A stretch of 64,000 bases of DNA from Patescibacteria group bacterium (GTDB lineage Bacteria; Patescibacteriota; JACPGU01). Numbering within the stretch: the first letter of the stretch is position 1; each line of letters begins with the position of its first letter. The position numbers were made by a program, and so were the translations under genes. The notes under the pieces were generated by a model, which was given only the letters and a program-made list of their open reading frames with translations, did no database searches and was not told where the DNA came from. The stretch spans positions 733,254 to 797,253 of the forward strand of contig JAKLDG010000001.1 of the NCBI GenBank assembly GCA_022703645.1. The letters run 5' to 3'. Below, piece after piece: positions 48,292 to 59,838 of the stretch.

Positions 48292-50574
48292 TTAAATTTC
48301 TTCTTTGTCTTCTCCCCAATCATCCTCATAGATCCCAGCAGTTCCACCATCATCGCGACTAACTAATATTTCACGAGGTCTTGCGCCATCAGCTGGTCCG
48401 ATTACTCCTTGATCTTCAAGTAAATCAAGCAATCGTGCTGCGCGCGCATAACCAACTCTCAAGCGGCGTTGTAGTAATGAAGCAGATGCTTTGCCGCTCT
48501 TCACTACTTCATCATATGCTTCTTGATACATATCATCATCAATATCACCACCAGCTCCACCGGGAACTCCTCCACTGCCAGTGCCCGGAGCTTTATGTGG
48601 TTTGATTACATCTTCATTATATTCCGGCTCATGCTGGCTTCTTATATCATCAAGTATTGTTTGAATTTCGCGGTCTTCAAGAAATACTCCTTGGATACGT
48701 TTTGGCTTTTGCCCATCTCCTGCCATCAGCAGCATATCTCCTTTTCCAATAAGACGTTCTGCTCCAGCCATATCAAGAATCGTACGACTATCTATCTGGC
48801 TAGCGACACGAAAGGCAACACGAGTAGGAATATTGGCTTTAATTAAACCAGTAACAACATTTACAGAAGGTCTTTGTGTTGCAAGAATTAGATGCAATCC
48901 AACTGCTCTTGCCATTTGCGCGATTCTCACAATCAATCCTTCCATTTCCTGTCCTGCAGTTAACATCACATCCGCTAATTCATCTACAACCAAAACAATG
49001 TAAGGCATCTTCTCTTCGTCTTTTCCTAATTTTTTATTATACCCAGCAATATCTCTCGCTCCGCTTTCGGATAACACTTTGTAGCGATTTTCCATTTCAG
49101 AAACTGCCCAGCGAAAAGCATTGATAGTTTTATCCGGATCGGTAATTACAGGAGTCAAAAGATGCGCGATGCCGTTATATCCTGTCATTTCCACTCTTTT
49201 TGGATCTACCATTATTAGTTTCAATTCCTTTGGCGAATAATGATAAAGAAAGCTCGCCAGAATCGCATTTACACAAACTGATTTACCAGAACCGGTGGCT
49301 CCCGCTATTAACATATGCGGTGCTTTTGAAAGGTCACTAACAGCAGGTTTGCCTGATACATCTTTGCCAAGCGCAAAAACCAGATTACCACGATCCACAC
49401 CGCTGCGGTATTCTCCTGATTCCAAAATTTCTTTGAGACGAACTATCGCCACTTTTTTATTTGGAATTTCTACACCGACAAGAGATTTCCCTGGTATTGG
49501 AGCTTCGATACGAATTGGATGAGTCGCTAGCGCTAAAGCTAGATCGTCTTGGAGTGTTGTAATTTTTGATAATTTTGTTCCTTCATGTGGCTTAAGAGTA
49601 TATTGCGTGAATGTTGGACCGACATTTACATCTTGCATTGTTACCATTATCCCAAATTGGGAAAGAGTCTTCGCAATAATTTCTGCGTTACCAGTAACAT
49701 TTCCTGAATCAACTGAGTATTTTGATTCCTCAAGAAGATCGAGTGATGGAAATTTCCAATCAAAATCTTGCACTTGTTTATGTTCGGTTGTTTCTTCTTT
49801 TTTATTTTCCTCTTGATTTGTTGTTTTCTTATTTTCTTGATTTTTTGATGACATTCCCATAGGCAGGTTTATTTTCAATTTACCACTGACTTTGTCTTTC
49901 ATTCCTGAATCTGGCATATTAATTTTAATATTTCCAATTTTTCTAGAATTAATAGAACCATCTCCAATTGCCCTATATGCCGCATCAGTTTCAATTTTAT
50001 CCTGAAGGCGACGAAAACTTGTATTGAAAAGTACTAATATTGAAATAATAAGAAATGCTAAAAGAATTATAAAAGCGCCGGTAAATGATACGGAATTTTT
50101 GAGGATGGTACCAATAAAATAGCCGATCATTCCTCCACCGGCTCCGTCAAGCGCTGTTTCATATGCTTTATCGGCATCAATAAAAATGTGAATAATTGAT
50201 GGTAGGAAAACATTGAACATTACAAACCCAAGATAGGTAGCCGGACCAATTTTAAATTTATCAGGATAAAATCTTAAAAATCCTAAAACCATAAAAGACA
50301 GTGCAGTAACCGGCACCATCCAACCAAAGATTTGATGCAAAATCGTATTAACTGCAGTTCCGGCAATACCGAAAACACCGAATATACTTAAGAAACAAAG
50401 TATTCCCACTAGAAGTAACCCGATAGCTGTAATCTCCATAGCAGTTTCAGGACTAATGGAAAATTCAAAAGCGTCCAGATTATCTTTCTTTCTGCTTCGA
50501 GAATTTTTACCATTTTCCTTATTTTTTGTTTTTCTTCCGTTCGATTTGCGGGAAGCTGTGCGTCTTTTTGCCAT
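48292..50574 (-). CDS. ftsK: DNA translocase FtsK/SpoIIIE
   Basis: N-terminal TM helices, motor domain LIAGATGSGKSVCVNAIL and C-terminal gamma winged-helix. Confidence 0.9.
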   Translation of the reverse strand: MAKRRTASRKSNGRKTKNKENGKNSRSRKKDNLDAFEFSISPETAMEITAIGLLLVGILCFLSIFGVFGIAGTAVNTILHQIFGWMVPVTALSFMVLGFLRFYPDKFKIGPATYLGFVMFNVFLPSIIHIFIDADKAYETALDGAGGGMIGYFIGTILKNSVSFTGAFIILLAFLIISILVLFNTSFRRLQDKIETDAAYRAIGDGSINSRKIGNIKINMPDSGMKDKVSGKLKINLPMGMSSKNQENKKTTNQEENKKEETTEHKQVQDFDWKFPSLDLLEESKYSVDSGNVTGNAEIIAKTLSQFGIMVTMQDVNVGPTFTQYTLKPHEGTKLSKITTLQDDLALALATHPIRIEAPIPGKSLVGVEIPNKKVAIVRLKEILESGEYRSGVDRGNLVFALGKDVSGKPAVSDLSKAPHMLIAGATGSGKSVCVNAILASFLYHYSPKELKLIMVDPKRVEMTGYNGIAHLLTPVITDPDKTINAFRWAVSEMENRYKVLSESGARDIAGYNKKLGKDEEKMPYIVLVVDELADVMLTAGQEMEGLIVRIAQMARAVGLHLILATQRPSVNVVTGLIKANIPTRVAFRVASQIDSRTILDMAGAERLIGKGDMLLMAGDGQKPKRIQGVFLEDREIQTILDDIRSQHEPEYNEDVIKPHKAPGTGSGGVPGGAGGDIDDDMYQEAYDEVVKSGKASASLLQRRLRVGYARAARLLDLLEDQGVIGPADGARPREILVSRDDGGTAGIYEDDWGEDKEEI

Positions 50575-50681
50575 TTTTGGTAAGATGTAAATAGTAAGTT
50601 TGTAAGCAAGTAAGTTAAATACAAAAAATCATACGAATCACTCGCTGTAAATATCATAACACATGTAAATTAAATATCAAC

Positions 50682-50716
50682 AAAAAAGGAACCCCTCGAT
50701 TGGGGGTTCCTTTTTA
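50682..50716. terminator. Intrinsic terminator (ggaacccc-tcgatt-ggggttcc + T5) downstream of hppA
   Basis: 8-bp GC stem with a T-run. Confidence 0.65.
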
Positions 50717-50725
50717 ATATTTTCC

Positions 50726-52729
50726 TTAAAGTATCAATGCAATTACCAATGAAACCACACCAAGCAATTTAATTAAGATACTAACAGAAGGTCCGGATGT
50801 ATCTTTGAATGGGTCGCCAACCGTATCACCCACTACTGCTGCTTTGTGAGTATCAGATCCTTTACCGCCTAGATTTCCTTTTTCAATATATTTTTTCGCG
50901 TTATCCCAAGCGCCGCCTGCATTTGCCATAAAGAATGACATTAAAGCTCCGACAACAATCGCGCCGCCAAGTAAACCTCCGAGAGCTTGCGCTCCAAGAA
51001 GTTTTCCAACTAGAATCGGAGACAAAACTGCGACTAATCCTGGAATAATCATTTCTTTGAGAGCTGCGCCAGTAGAAATACTAACGCATTTTGCGCTATC
51101 AGGTTTTGCAGTTCCTTCCATCAGCCCTGGAATTTCTTTGAATTGTCTTCGGACTTCTTTTATCATTGTGTTAGCTGCTCTTCCAACTGCTTTCATAGTA
51201 GCGGCAGAAAGGAAGAAAGGTAAAATACCACCAATCAACATTCCGATAATAACTCTTGGCTGGCTAATATCAATAACATCAAGTTTTGTCGCCGCGCCAA
51301 ATGCCGCGAACAAAGCCACCACAGTCAAAACCGCGGATCCGATACCAAATCCCTTACCAATAGCTGCGGTAGTATTTCCGATTGAATCAAGCGAATCAGT
51401 TACTGCACGAGTTTCTTCACCTAATCCCGCCATCTCCGTAATTCCTCCTGCATTGTCAGCAATTGGACCATAAGCATCTACCGTCATAGTGACGCCAACG
51501 GTTGCCAACATTCCTACAGCTGCCAGTCCGATGCCATATAATCCAGCAACGCCTGAAGCTACTGCGATAGCAAGAGCAATAATTAGAATTGGTAAAATTG
51601 TTGATTCCATCCCAACTGCTAAGCCCATAATAACATTTGTTCCAGGACCCGTCTGTGAAGCTTCAGCAATCTTTTTCACAGGCTTACTCGAAGTATAGTA
51701 TTCCGTAACAAGACCAATGAGAATTCCAGCAACCAAACCGGAGGTAACTGCAATAAATAGATTTAATGGATTGCCAATAGCAGAATAGTAAACACTGATT
51801 ATATAATAAGAAACTGGCAAAAATACTGCGGCTGCAAAGTATGTTGTATAACGAAGCGCTGCTTGAGAACTAATAGATTTTAAAACTAACATTGAAGCAA
51901 TACCAATAAAAGATGAAAATAACCCAACTGCAGATAAAATAATTGGTAATGTTATAGCTTCAGTTCTCATGTCTACGAATATCGCGCTAGTTGCACCGAT
52001 AACGAGCGTTGCAATCATCGCATCGACATAAGATTCAAAAATGTCCGCTCCCATTCCTGCTACATCTCCTACATTGTCCCCGACATTATCAGCGATAACT
52101 GCAGGATTGCGTGGATCGTCTTCTGGGATTCCAGCTTCAACTTTACCGACAAGATCAGCCCCAACATCGGCAGCCTTCGTATATATACCACCACCAACAC
52201 GGGCAAATAATGCAATAGAGGTTGCGCCGAATGCAAAGCCGGTGATAGTTTCTGCATCAGCAAAATTTCCACCACGAGCAATATATAAATAGTAAAACAA
52301 AGAGATCCCAAGTAAACCTAAAGATGCTACAGCTAAACCCATAATCGCGCCACCAGCATAAGCTGTAAGTAATGCTTTACCTTGCCCAAACTTATGAGCA
52401 GCCTGCGCTGTTCGAACATTTGCTCGAGTAGCCGCTTTCATTCCGATAAATCCAGCTGTTATTGAAAAAATCGCTCCAACTAAAAACGCGTATGCTGTTT
52501 TATGCGCTACAAAAAAGAAAAGTAATACAGCAACCGCAATAATAAACACACTTAGATAGCTATATTCTTTTTTTAGGAATGCCATTGCTCCAGAATGAAT
52601 CGCGCCTGCAATTTCTTTCATTTTTTCGTTTCCTGCATCTTGCTTTGCAAGCACAAAATAGAGAATGAGTCCTGCAATAATCCCCAATAATGCGATCCCT
52701 GCTGCACCATAGATAAAATTTTGTAACAT
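50726..52729 (-). CDS. hppA: Membrane-bound H+/Na+-translocating pyrophosphatase
   Basis: [17 protein letters not shown] and [21 protein letters not shown] are M-PPase signatures. 667 aa, about 16 TM helices. Confidence 0.9.
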   Translation of the reverse strand: MLQNFIYGAAGIALLGIIAGLILYFVLAKQDAGNEKMKEIAGAIHSGAMAFLKKEYSYLSVFIIAVAVLLFFFVAHKTAYAFLVGAIFSITAGFIGMKAATRANVRTAQAAHKFGQGKALLTAYAGGAIMGLAVASLGLLGISLFYYLYIARGGNFADAETITGFAFGATSIALFARVGGGIYTKAADVGADLVGKVEAGIPEDDPRNPAVIADNVGDNVGDVAGMGADIFESYVDAMIATLVIGATSAIFVDMRTEAITLPIILSAVGLFSSFIGIASMLVLKSISSQAALRYTTYFAAAVFLPVSYYIISVYYSAIGNPLNLFIAVTSGLVAGILIGLVTEYYTSSKPVKKIAEASQTGPGTNVIMGLAVGMESTILPILIIALAIAVASGVAGLYGIGLAAVGMLATVGVTMTVDAYGPIADNAGGITEMAGLGEETRAVTDSLDSIGNTTAAIGKGFGIGSAVLTVVALFAAFGAATKLDVIDISQPRVIIGMLIGGILPFFLSAATMKAVGRAANTMIKEVRRQFKEIPGLMEGTAKPDSAKCVSISTGAALKEMIIPGLVAVLSPILVGKLLGAQALGGLLGGAIVVGALMSFFMANAGGAWDNAKKYIEKGNLGGKGSDTHKAAVVGDTVGDPFKDTSGPSVSILIKLLGVVSLVIALIL

Positions 52730-52842
52730 CTTTACTCCTTTTTTAGTTATTAACTATTATTTATATTATTTTAAAAATCCATTGCATTATAGCTAAATTT
52801 TGCACTTTAATCAATTGTTTTATTGCTTTTTTGCTTAATTGT

Positions 52843-54813
52843 TTAGACCTCTATCACGACTGGTATAACCATCGGCCTTCTTTTGGTATTTTTGTAAAGG
52901 TAAGTGCCAATTTCTTCTTTCAGAACATCTTTTATCGCCTTCCAATTGAATGGATCCTTGCCATGATGGTGTGAAAAAATCCTTTTTATTTCGGACCGGG
53001 CGCCATGAATTAATTTTTCAGATTCTCGCATATAGACGAATCCACGCGAAATAATATCAGGTGAAGAAACCATTTCACCTTTTTGTCGATCCACTGTAAC
53101 TATTAATACGAATATTCCGTCTTGCGCCATAGCCTGACGATCTCGCAATACAATATTGCCAATATCACCAACACCCAAACCATCAACCATTACTAATCCC
53201 GTTTGAACTCTGCGGTTTGCAACCCTAGCGCCATTTTCATCAATTTCAATAATCATTCCGTCTTCGATAACGAATGCGTTATCGTCTCTAACGCCATTTG
53301 CTATTGCAAGATTTTTATGCGCTACCATGTGATGATATTCACCATGTTCCGGCAGAAAATAACGCGGTCGACATACTTGAATCATTTTAGATAATTCTTC
53401 ACGGCAACCATGGCCTGAAACATGCACACGCATATTTTTATCATAAATAACATTTGCTCCAAGACGAAGCAGATCGTCAATCGTGTTTGTGACCGATCTT
53501 TCATTTCCTGGTATTGGTTTTGATGAGATGAGAACCGTATCACCTTTTTTCAATTCAATTTGCTGATGTTCACCAGCAGCCATACGCGCAAGAGCAGAGG
53601 ATGGTTCACCTTGGGAACCCGTACTAATAATAACTATCCTATCATCAGGATATTTTTTCATGTCTTTAATCTCAATCAAAAGCCCATCTGGGATTCTAAG
53701 ATAACCGAGCTTCATAGCTACTTCAATATTGTTTTGCATGCTGCGTCCAGAGATTGCAACTTTGCGTCCAAATTTTTCTGCCGCCCATATCATTTGTTGA
53801 ACCCTGGCAATCAAAGATGAGAAAGTAGCAATAATAATTCTTCCGCGAGCAACATTGAAAGCTTTTTCAAAAGATTCGCCAATGATTTTTTCAGAGAGCG
53901 TATAACCTGGCTCCTCCGCATTGGTACTATCTGAAATCAACATTAATATTCCACCGTTGGTTTGCGCGGTTCTTTCCAGTTTTGGTAGGTCAGTGACCTT
54001 ACCATCAATTGGAGTCGGATCAATTTTGAAATCACCCGTATGAACGATTGCTCCATATGGAGTATGAATTATAAACCCGACAGCATCTGGTATTGAGTGT
54101 GTAACCCGAAAAGGTTCTATGCGGAATACGCCCAATCTTAATGTTTCATCTGGATCTATGACACCAACTTTTTTGTTACGAAGTAGGGGATGCTCAGAAA
54201 GTTTTCTTTCAATCATCCCCGCTGTTAATTTCGTAGCAAATATTGGCATATCAATTCTTGGCAGAAGATAGGGAATACCACCAACGTGATCTTCATGTCC
54301 GTGAGTAATTACCAATCCTCTTATTTTATGTCTTTTGTCTTCAAGATAAGTAATGTCTGGTATAACATAATCAATACCATACATATCATCTTCCGGAAAT
54401 GCAAATCCCATATCAACTATAAAAATGTCACCCCCGTCAGGCAAGAGTGGGTCATCGTATTCGAAAACCATCATGTTTTTACCAATTTCATCAAATCCCC
54501 CAAGAGGAATGATTTTCAGCTTGGCACGTTTTGGCATATAAGAGCTTTTGCGTACCATACCTTGTCCTTGCGGACGCGTGGTGATTCCATGAACCGAACG
54601 AACGCTTTTTTGGCTCGCTGAACCAGAACCATCATATTTATTTTTATTATATCTTTGGGGTCTTTTTTGACCACCTTGACCTTGCGGTCTTGAACCATTT
54701 TGAGGTGCACTGCCACCACCTGCGTGGTAAGCTCTCAATGGCTGCGCTTTAGAACTTGTTTGCGGAGAATTTTGTTGTTGTCCGCTCGTTCTGTTTTGAT
54801 TTTTTCTTTCCAT
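52843..54813 (-). CDS. rnj: Ribonuclease J (metallo-beta-lactamase/beta-CASP) with ~90-aa low-complexity N-terminal extension
   Basis: HGHEDHVGG motif, beta-CASP region and RNase J C-terminal domain. N-terminus is rich in Gln/Gly/Ser/Pro. Confidence 0.85.
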   Translation of the reverse strand: MERKNQNRTSGQQQNSPQTSSKAQPLRAYHAGGGSAPQNGSRPQGQGGQKRPQRYNKNKYDGSGSASQKSVRSVHGITTRPQGQGMVRKSSYMPKRAKLKIIPLGGFDEIGKNMMVFEYDDPLLPDGGDIFIVDMGFAFPEDDMYGIDYVIPDITYLEDKRHKIRGLVITHGHEDHVGGIPYLLPRIDMPIFATKLTAGMIERKLSEHPLLRNKKVGVIDPDETLRLGVFRIEPFRVTHSIPDAVGFIIHTPYGAIVHTGDFKIDPTPIDGKVTDLPKLERTAQTNGGILMLISDSTNAEEPGYTLSEKIIGESFEKAFNVARGRIIIATFSSLIARVQQMIWAAEKFGRKVAISGRSMQNNIEVAMKLGYLRIPDGLLIEIKDMKKYPDDRIVIISTGSQGEPSSALARMAAGEHQQIELKKGDTVLISSKPIPGNERSVTNTIDDLLRLGANVIYDKNMRVHVSGHGCREELSKMIQVCRPRYFLPEHGEYHHMVAHKNLAIANGVRDDNAFVIEDGMIIEIDENGARVANRRVQTGLVMVDGLGVGDIGNIVLRDRQAMAQDGIFVLIVTVDRQKGEMVSSPDIISRGFVYMRESEKLIHGARSEIKRIFSHHHGKDPFNWKAIKDVLKEEIGTYLYKNTKRRPMVIPVVIEV

Positions 54814-54956
54814 AAATTTTTTAGTACAATTTTTAATTTTATAATTTTTAAATAATGTTTTAAATTCTAATTTTTAATTTCTAAGTCAAACTTAATTTTT
54901 TAATTATTTAATTTAGTGTTGTTTTTTTGCTTTCTTGTTTTATTGATTAATTGTTT

Positions 54957-55385
54957 TTACGCATCAAAATATACTCTTCCTGTTTTATAACTTTCTATCG
55001 CTATTGGCGCTGTACCGAATAATGGTGATGGCAGATCATCAATATCATACCAAATCCAACCTTCGCATTTTTCAGGCTCCAATAATTGCGGATCTCCGCT
55101 TTCCCAATCAGCAAGAAAGCCTATATGCACATAATGTTTTGGCATATAGTTTTTAAAATTTGAAACCATTTGAAATCTGAGATTTTTAATTTTGATTCCA
55201 CATTCCTCCGCTACCTCTCTCAAAATACTATTTTCAAAAGACTCTCCATATTCGAAATGTCCTCCTGGAAAAGCATATTCTCCATCTCCATGAGATCCTT
55301 TTCTTTTTCCAAGTAGAACTTTGCCATCCTTGACAATCATAACCCCAATCCCAACTTTTATAATTTGTTTATTACCATTTTCCAT
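54957..55385 (-). CDS. NUDIX hydrolase
   Basis: Nudix box GGHFEYGESFENSILREVAEECGI. Confidence 0.8.
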   Translation of the reverse strand: MENGNKQIIKVGIGVMIVKDGKVLLGKRKGSHGDGEYAFPGGHFEYGESFENSILREVAEECGIKIKNLRFQMVSNFKNYMPKHYVHIGFLADWESGDPQLLEPEKCEGWIWYDIDDLPSPLFGTAPIAIESYKTGRVYFDA

Positions 55386-55422
55386 AGAACTATTCTAAGA
55401 ATATTTATATTCTAGATTCAAT

Positions 55423-57540
55423 TCATTTTCCTACACGTTTCATTGATAAATTAAGTCTTCCCATGCTATCAATCTCTTTTAGAACAACGGTAACTTCTTG
55501 TCCTTCTTTCAAAACATCAGTAACTTTGTCTACACGTGAATCTGATATTTCAGAAATATGTACCAAGCCTTCTTTACCCGGCATGATTTCTACAAAAGCA
55601 CCAAAATCCATAATCTTAATTACTTTCCCTTTGTAAATTTTTCCAACTTCTGGATCTGCAGTTAGGCCTTCGATAATTGCTTTGGCTTTTTCGATAGCTT
55701 CTTTATTTACAGCGCAGATATTGACCCTACCATCCTGTTCGATATCAATCTCAACACCAGTATCATCAATAATTTTGTTAATAACTTTGCCCCCAGGTCC
55801 GATAACATCACGAATCTTATCTGGATTTATCATAATAGTTTCAATGCGTGGCGCAAATGGAGACAGATCCGCTCTTGGTTTATCAATAGCTTTCAACATT
55901 TGCTCAAGAATAAACATCCTTCCCTGAAAACCTTGTGTGAAAGTATCTTTAATCATTGGGATTGTAAGCCCAAGATTTTTTACATCAAGTTGAATTGCCG
56001 TAATACCGTTCACAGAGCCTGCAATTTTGAAATCCATATCGCCATTGTGATCTTCCGTACCAGCGATATCAGTCAAAACTTTATAATTATCATTTTCATC
56101 GGTAATAATCCCCATCGCAATACCAGAAACTGGCGCAATAATTGGTACACCAGCGTCCATTAAAGATAAAGTAGATGCACAAGTTGAACCCATTGATGTA
56201 GAACCGTCGGAAGACATACATTCGGAAACCAATCTCATTGTATATGGAAAACTTTCTTCAGTTGGAAGTACATTGAATAATGCTTTTTCTGCTAGTGCAC
56301 CATGACCAATTTCACGTCTTCCAGGTGAACGAGATGGACGAGCCTCACCAGTAGAGTAAGGTGGGAAATTGTAGTGATGCATATATCTTTTTTTGGTGTC
56401 ATCTTCTTCCATAGTGTCTAGAATTTGTTTCATTCCGGTTGAACCAAGAGTAACAACATTTAAAATCTGAGTGTAACCACGATTAAATATCGCGGAGCCG
56501 TGAACACGAGGCAAAACCGCAACTTCACCAGAAATAGAACGAACTTCATTGAGAGCTCTCCCATCAACTCTTTCGCCCTTTTCCATGATATTTTTTCTCA
56601 TTATCTCACGAAAAGCCAAGTCGAAATATTCTGCAGCTTTTTTCGCTTTTACATTTTCATTCATTGCAGCAGCATAGGAAGACTCTTGCTTATTTACATA
56701 ATCCTCTTTAATTTTTTTAACTGTTGCATTGAACAGAGATTCTCTTTCTAGTTTTTCTTTCAAAGTAAATAGGGTAGCAAGATCTGCTGCATATTTGGTT
56801 TTAACTTCTTCATAAAGCGCAGCATCATATTCGTCATCGAATTCTCTTTTTGCTAAACCGATTTTGCTAATAATATCTTTTTGAAAAGCAATAATTGGTT
56901 GAATACTGTTATGAGCGAGCTCAATTGCTTCAACAACTTTTTCTTGCGGAACTTGTTTGCCACCAGCCTCAATCATAACAACCTTTTTGTCCGATGAAAC
57001 AACTACTAAATCAAGATCAGAATTTGCAAGCTGCGGTTCACTAGGATTTAAAACTAATTCACCATTTATTAACCCGATTTGAGCTAAACCAAGGGGTCCA
57101 TTCCATGGAATATCAGAAATACTTAATGCTATTGAAGCAGCTAGTAATGCTGGAAATTTTGTACCATTTTCCTGATCGTACGAAAGCACGGTCACAACAA
57201 CCTGAACATCGAACATATATCCTTTTGGAAATAGTGGGCGAAGTGGACGATCAATCATACGAGATGTTAGAATCGCTTCTTCTGATGGTCTGCCTTCTCT
57301 TTTTATAAATCTAGAACCTGAAATCTTTCCAGCCGCATAAAATCTTTCTTCATAATCAACTGTTAATGGGAAATAATCCATCCCTTCTCTTTTTTGCTTT
57401 GGAGAGACTACGGTTGCAAGAACCTCAGTATCACCATAGCGAACAGTAACAGCGGCATTGGTTTGATGCGCCAAGCGTCCTGTTTCAACTTCGATTTTGC
57501 GTCCAGCAAAATCAATAGCGAATTTCTCTATCTTTTTCAT
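55423..57540 (-). CDS. pnp: Polynucleotide phosphorylase
   Basis: Two RNase PH domains, KH and S1 domains. Adjacent to rpsO. Confidence 0.95.
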   Translation of the reverse strand: MKKIEKFAIDFAGRKIEVETGRLAHQTNAAVTVRYGDTEVLATVVSPKQKREGMDYFPLTVDYEERFYAAGKISGSRFIKREGRPSEEAILTSRMIDRPLRPLFPKGYMFDVQVVVTVLSYDQENGTKFPALLAASIALSISDIPWNGPLGLAQIGLINGELVLNPSEPQLANSDLDLVVVSSDKKVVMIEAGGKQVPQEKVVEAIELAHNSIQPIIAFQKDIISKIGLAKREFDDEYDAALYEEVKTKYAADLATLFTLKEKLERESLFNATVKKIKEDYVNKQESSYAAAMNENVKAKKAAEYFDLAFREIMRKNIMEKGERVDGRALNEVRSISGEVAVLPRVHGSAIFNRGYTQILNVVTLGSTGMKQILDTMEEDDTKKRYMHHYNFPPYSTGEARPSRSPGRREIGHGALAEKALFNVLPTEESFPYTMRLVSECMSSDGSTSMGSTCASTLSLMDAGVPIIAPVSGIAMGIITDENDNYKVLTDIAGTEDHNGDMDFKIAGSVNGITAIQLDVKNLGLTIPMIKDTFTQGFQGRMFILEQMLKAIDKPRADLSPFAPRIETIMINPDKIRDVIGPGGKVINKIIDDTGVEIDIEQDGRVNICAVNKEAIEKAKAIIEGLTADPEVGKIYKGKVIKIMDFGAFVEIMPGKEGLVHISEISDSRVDKVTDVLKEGQEVTVVLKEIDSMGRLNLSMKRVGK

Positions 57541-57747
57541 AAATTTCTCCTGTTTTTTAATATTAAAACAAGAGCTCCTTTTTTCTTCGAGAGTACATTT
57601 TTACCCGCCGATAGGCAGGTGACAGATATAGGGATTGAGATCAAATCTATTGGTTCCAATCTCTATTTCCGTCATTCAACGTACACTAAAGATTATTAAT
57701 ATATATTTATTTAAAAATTACAAAATTAAAAATTCAAAAATTGTAAT

Positions 57748-58014
57748 TTATTTACGTAGCCCTAGTTTTGCTAGAACTTCTTCGTATTTCTTCGGGTCAG
57801 AGTTCTTTAAGTATTTCAATAATTTTCTTCTTTGTCCGACATTTTTCAGCAATCCTCTTTTTGAAGAGAAATCATGGATGTTTTTCTTTAGATGATCGTT
57901 TAATTTCAAAATCTTCTCTGTTAATAGAGAGATTTGGACATTAGCAGAGCCAGTGTTCTTTTCATCGCTAACAACCTTTTTTATCGCTTTTTTCTTTTCT
58001 TCTGTAGTCAACAT
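57748..58014 (-). CDS. rpsO: 30S ribosomal protein S15
   Basis: 88 aa; conserved S15 sequence (GSANVQISLLTEKI...HLKKNIHDFSSKRGLL). Confidence 0.9.
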   Translation of the reverse strand: MLTTEEKKKAIKKVVSDEKNTGSANVQISLLTEKILKLNDHLKKNIHDFSSKRGLLKNVGQRRKLLKYLKNSDPKKYEEVLAKLGLRK

Positions 58015-58109
58015 AAAAGCTTATTTATTTATTATAAAATTCTTGAGACCTTTTTAATATTGTATCCATTATAGCACAGATTTACGTTTTAGTCAAACTT
58101 AATAAAAAA

Positions 58110-59669
58110 TTATTCGTAATCTTCATCATAATCATCCATCACAGGATCTGGAACAGCAGTTCCGTTTTTTTGTTTCAGATCCGCTTCCATTTTTGCAAAA
58201 TCAAGCGAATCATCTTTTTTCTTCCCTTTTTCTGAAACTATTTTTGAAAGAATAGATGTTTTGTCGTCAACTATTTTTGGTGTATCAATCTGAAAATCAG
58301 CTAACGCAGGTGCATACAGGTCATCATCACTAACTATATTTCTTTTCTTCAAATCTTCACGAATTTCTCTTGCGATCTCCGGCTCGATTTTTGGATTGTT
58401 CTCAACTACTGGCTTTGGTTTTGGATCGTCATGCCTGCGGTCAAAAACAAAAGATCCGTTCGTTTTATTGTTATCAACTAGTACGGTTTTTTTCTGTACA
58501 TTATTTGAACGATCTTTCGGACCAAGTAAGTATTCTTTTATTCTTGAAATTACTACCCTTTCAGCATTCTCTACAGTGCTATTTTCAATTTTGAATCCCG
58601 CAGCTTGTCTATGTCCGCCACCGCCAAATGATAATGCAATTTTATCGAGTAGTACTTTATCAGAATTTGTTCTCATCGAAACCGCGATAAATCCCGGGCT
58701 TCTTTCAGCAATCAAAAGTATAACATTTGCATCTGGCGCAGTTGAGAGTAATTCGTTTAAAACCCCACTAGTCTCGCCCTCATTTGATCCGGCTTCTTCT
58801 ATTTCCCTATACGAAACAGTAGACCAAACAATTTTTGCTTGCCTATCTTCTTTTACATTCGATAAGATTTTACCCCAAAGTTTCAATGTGGAAACTGGAT
58901 GCGTTTTGAAAACATTAGTAATAATTTCGGTACGTCTTGCCCCAGTTGCAATTAATTGCGCCGCAACTGTTAATGATTTTGGAGTTGTATTTCCATTCTG
59001 AAATCTATCAGTATCACTGATTATCCCTGCAAGTAATAATGTGGCAACCTCTGATTCTATAAAGCTCTTATCAAGAGATTCAATAAATGAAAAAATTAGT
59101 TCACAAGTTGAAGTTGCAGAGACATCTACTACATTTATATCGCCAAAATTACTATTAGTAACATGGTGATCAATATTTATAACTGGAATATTTTGTAAAG
59201 CACTCCTGTTTTCCGCATAAACACTTCCGATCCTATCAAAATCCGTAGAATCAAGAGCCACCAAAACATCGTAATTAAATTTACCAAAATTAAGCGATAT
59301 ATCATCTTGTCTGATTTCTCCCTCGAGTGGACTGACGACAAGGTCTACAACCTTATCATTTCTCTTATTATATGTAATTTTACCAACTGTACCGTGAGTG
59401 TTTTTGATGCTAATCACAAGATCGCGATTGACACTAATATCATCTTCAATGGTATTTATGCCTGGCAAAAAATTGAAGTCTTCGCTTATTGGGTCGCTAA
59501 CTACTAAATCAACGCGTTTGCCCATTTTTTCCAATACTGCTTTGAAAGCTAAGGAAGAGGAGAGAGCATCCCCATCAGGTCTAACATGCGTAAGAATTAA
59601 GAAGTTATTTGACGCTTTGATTAATTCGATCGCTTGTTGTTTTGGACTTAACTCTTTTTTTATCATCAT
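58110..59669 (-). CDS. DHH-DHHA1 phosphoesterase (NrnA-like oligoribonuclease/pAp phosphatase) with Lys/Asp-rich C-terminal extension
   Basis: LILTHVRPDGDALSSSLAF, DHH region and GGGH DHHA1 motif. About 170 extra C-terminal residues. Confidence 0.75.
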   Translation of the reverse strand: MMIKKELSPKQQAIELIKASNNFLILTHVRPDGDALSSSLAFKAVLEKMGKRVDLVVSDPISEDFNFLPGINTIEDDISVNRDLVISIKNTHGTVGKITYNKRNDKVVDLVVSPLEGEIRQDDISLNFGKFNYDVLVALDSTDFDRIGSVYAENRSALQNIPVINIDHHVTNSNFGDINVVDVSATSTCELIFSFIESLDKSFIESEVATLLLAGIISDTDRFQNGNTTPKSLTVAAQLIATGARRTEIITNVFKTHPVSTLKLWGKILSNVKEDRQAKIVWSTVSYREIEEAGSNEGETSGVLNELLSTAPDANVILLIAERSPGFIAVSMRTNSDKVLLDKIALSFGGGGHRQAAGFKIENSTVENAERVVISRIKEYLLGPKDRSNNVQKKTVLVDNNKTNGSFVFDRRHDDPKPKPVVENNPKIEPEIAREIREDLKKRNIVSDDDLYAPALADFQIDTPKIVDDKTSILSKIVSEKGKKKDDSLDFAKMEADLKQKNGTAVPDPVMDDYDEDYE

Positions 59670-59809
59670 ACAATTAACTTAGCAACTTAACTGCTTATTA
59701 CTTATTTGCTTATCTTACGTTATTATAGCCAAAATTTGATAAAATATCAAATATATATTTCTAATCATATTATTATACATCAAAAATAATGATTTGTCAA
59801 TAAAGTTGC

Positions 59810-59838
59810 TTGACAAAGCCATTTTTTTGTGATATTAT
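59810..59838 (+). promoter_or_regulatory. Sigma70 promoter TTGACA-17-TGaTATTAT, with inverted repeat ttgtcaa/ttgacaa overlapping the -35
   Basis: -35 at 59810-59815; extended -10 at 59830-59838. A perfect 16-bp palindrome ccttccagctggaagg lies in the 5' UTR at 59888-59903. Confidence 0.6.

Noticed and set aside
51057-52292. Several Ala/Pro-rich plus-strand ORFs inside hppA, and similar ones inside ftsK (48381..49816)
   Set aside because: Antisense shadows of GC-richer, highly conserved genes.
57541-57747. Structured rpsO-pnp intergenic region
   Set aside because: Expected RNase III-processed leader or terminator of the conserved rpsO-pnp operon; not novel.
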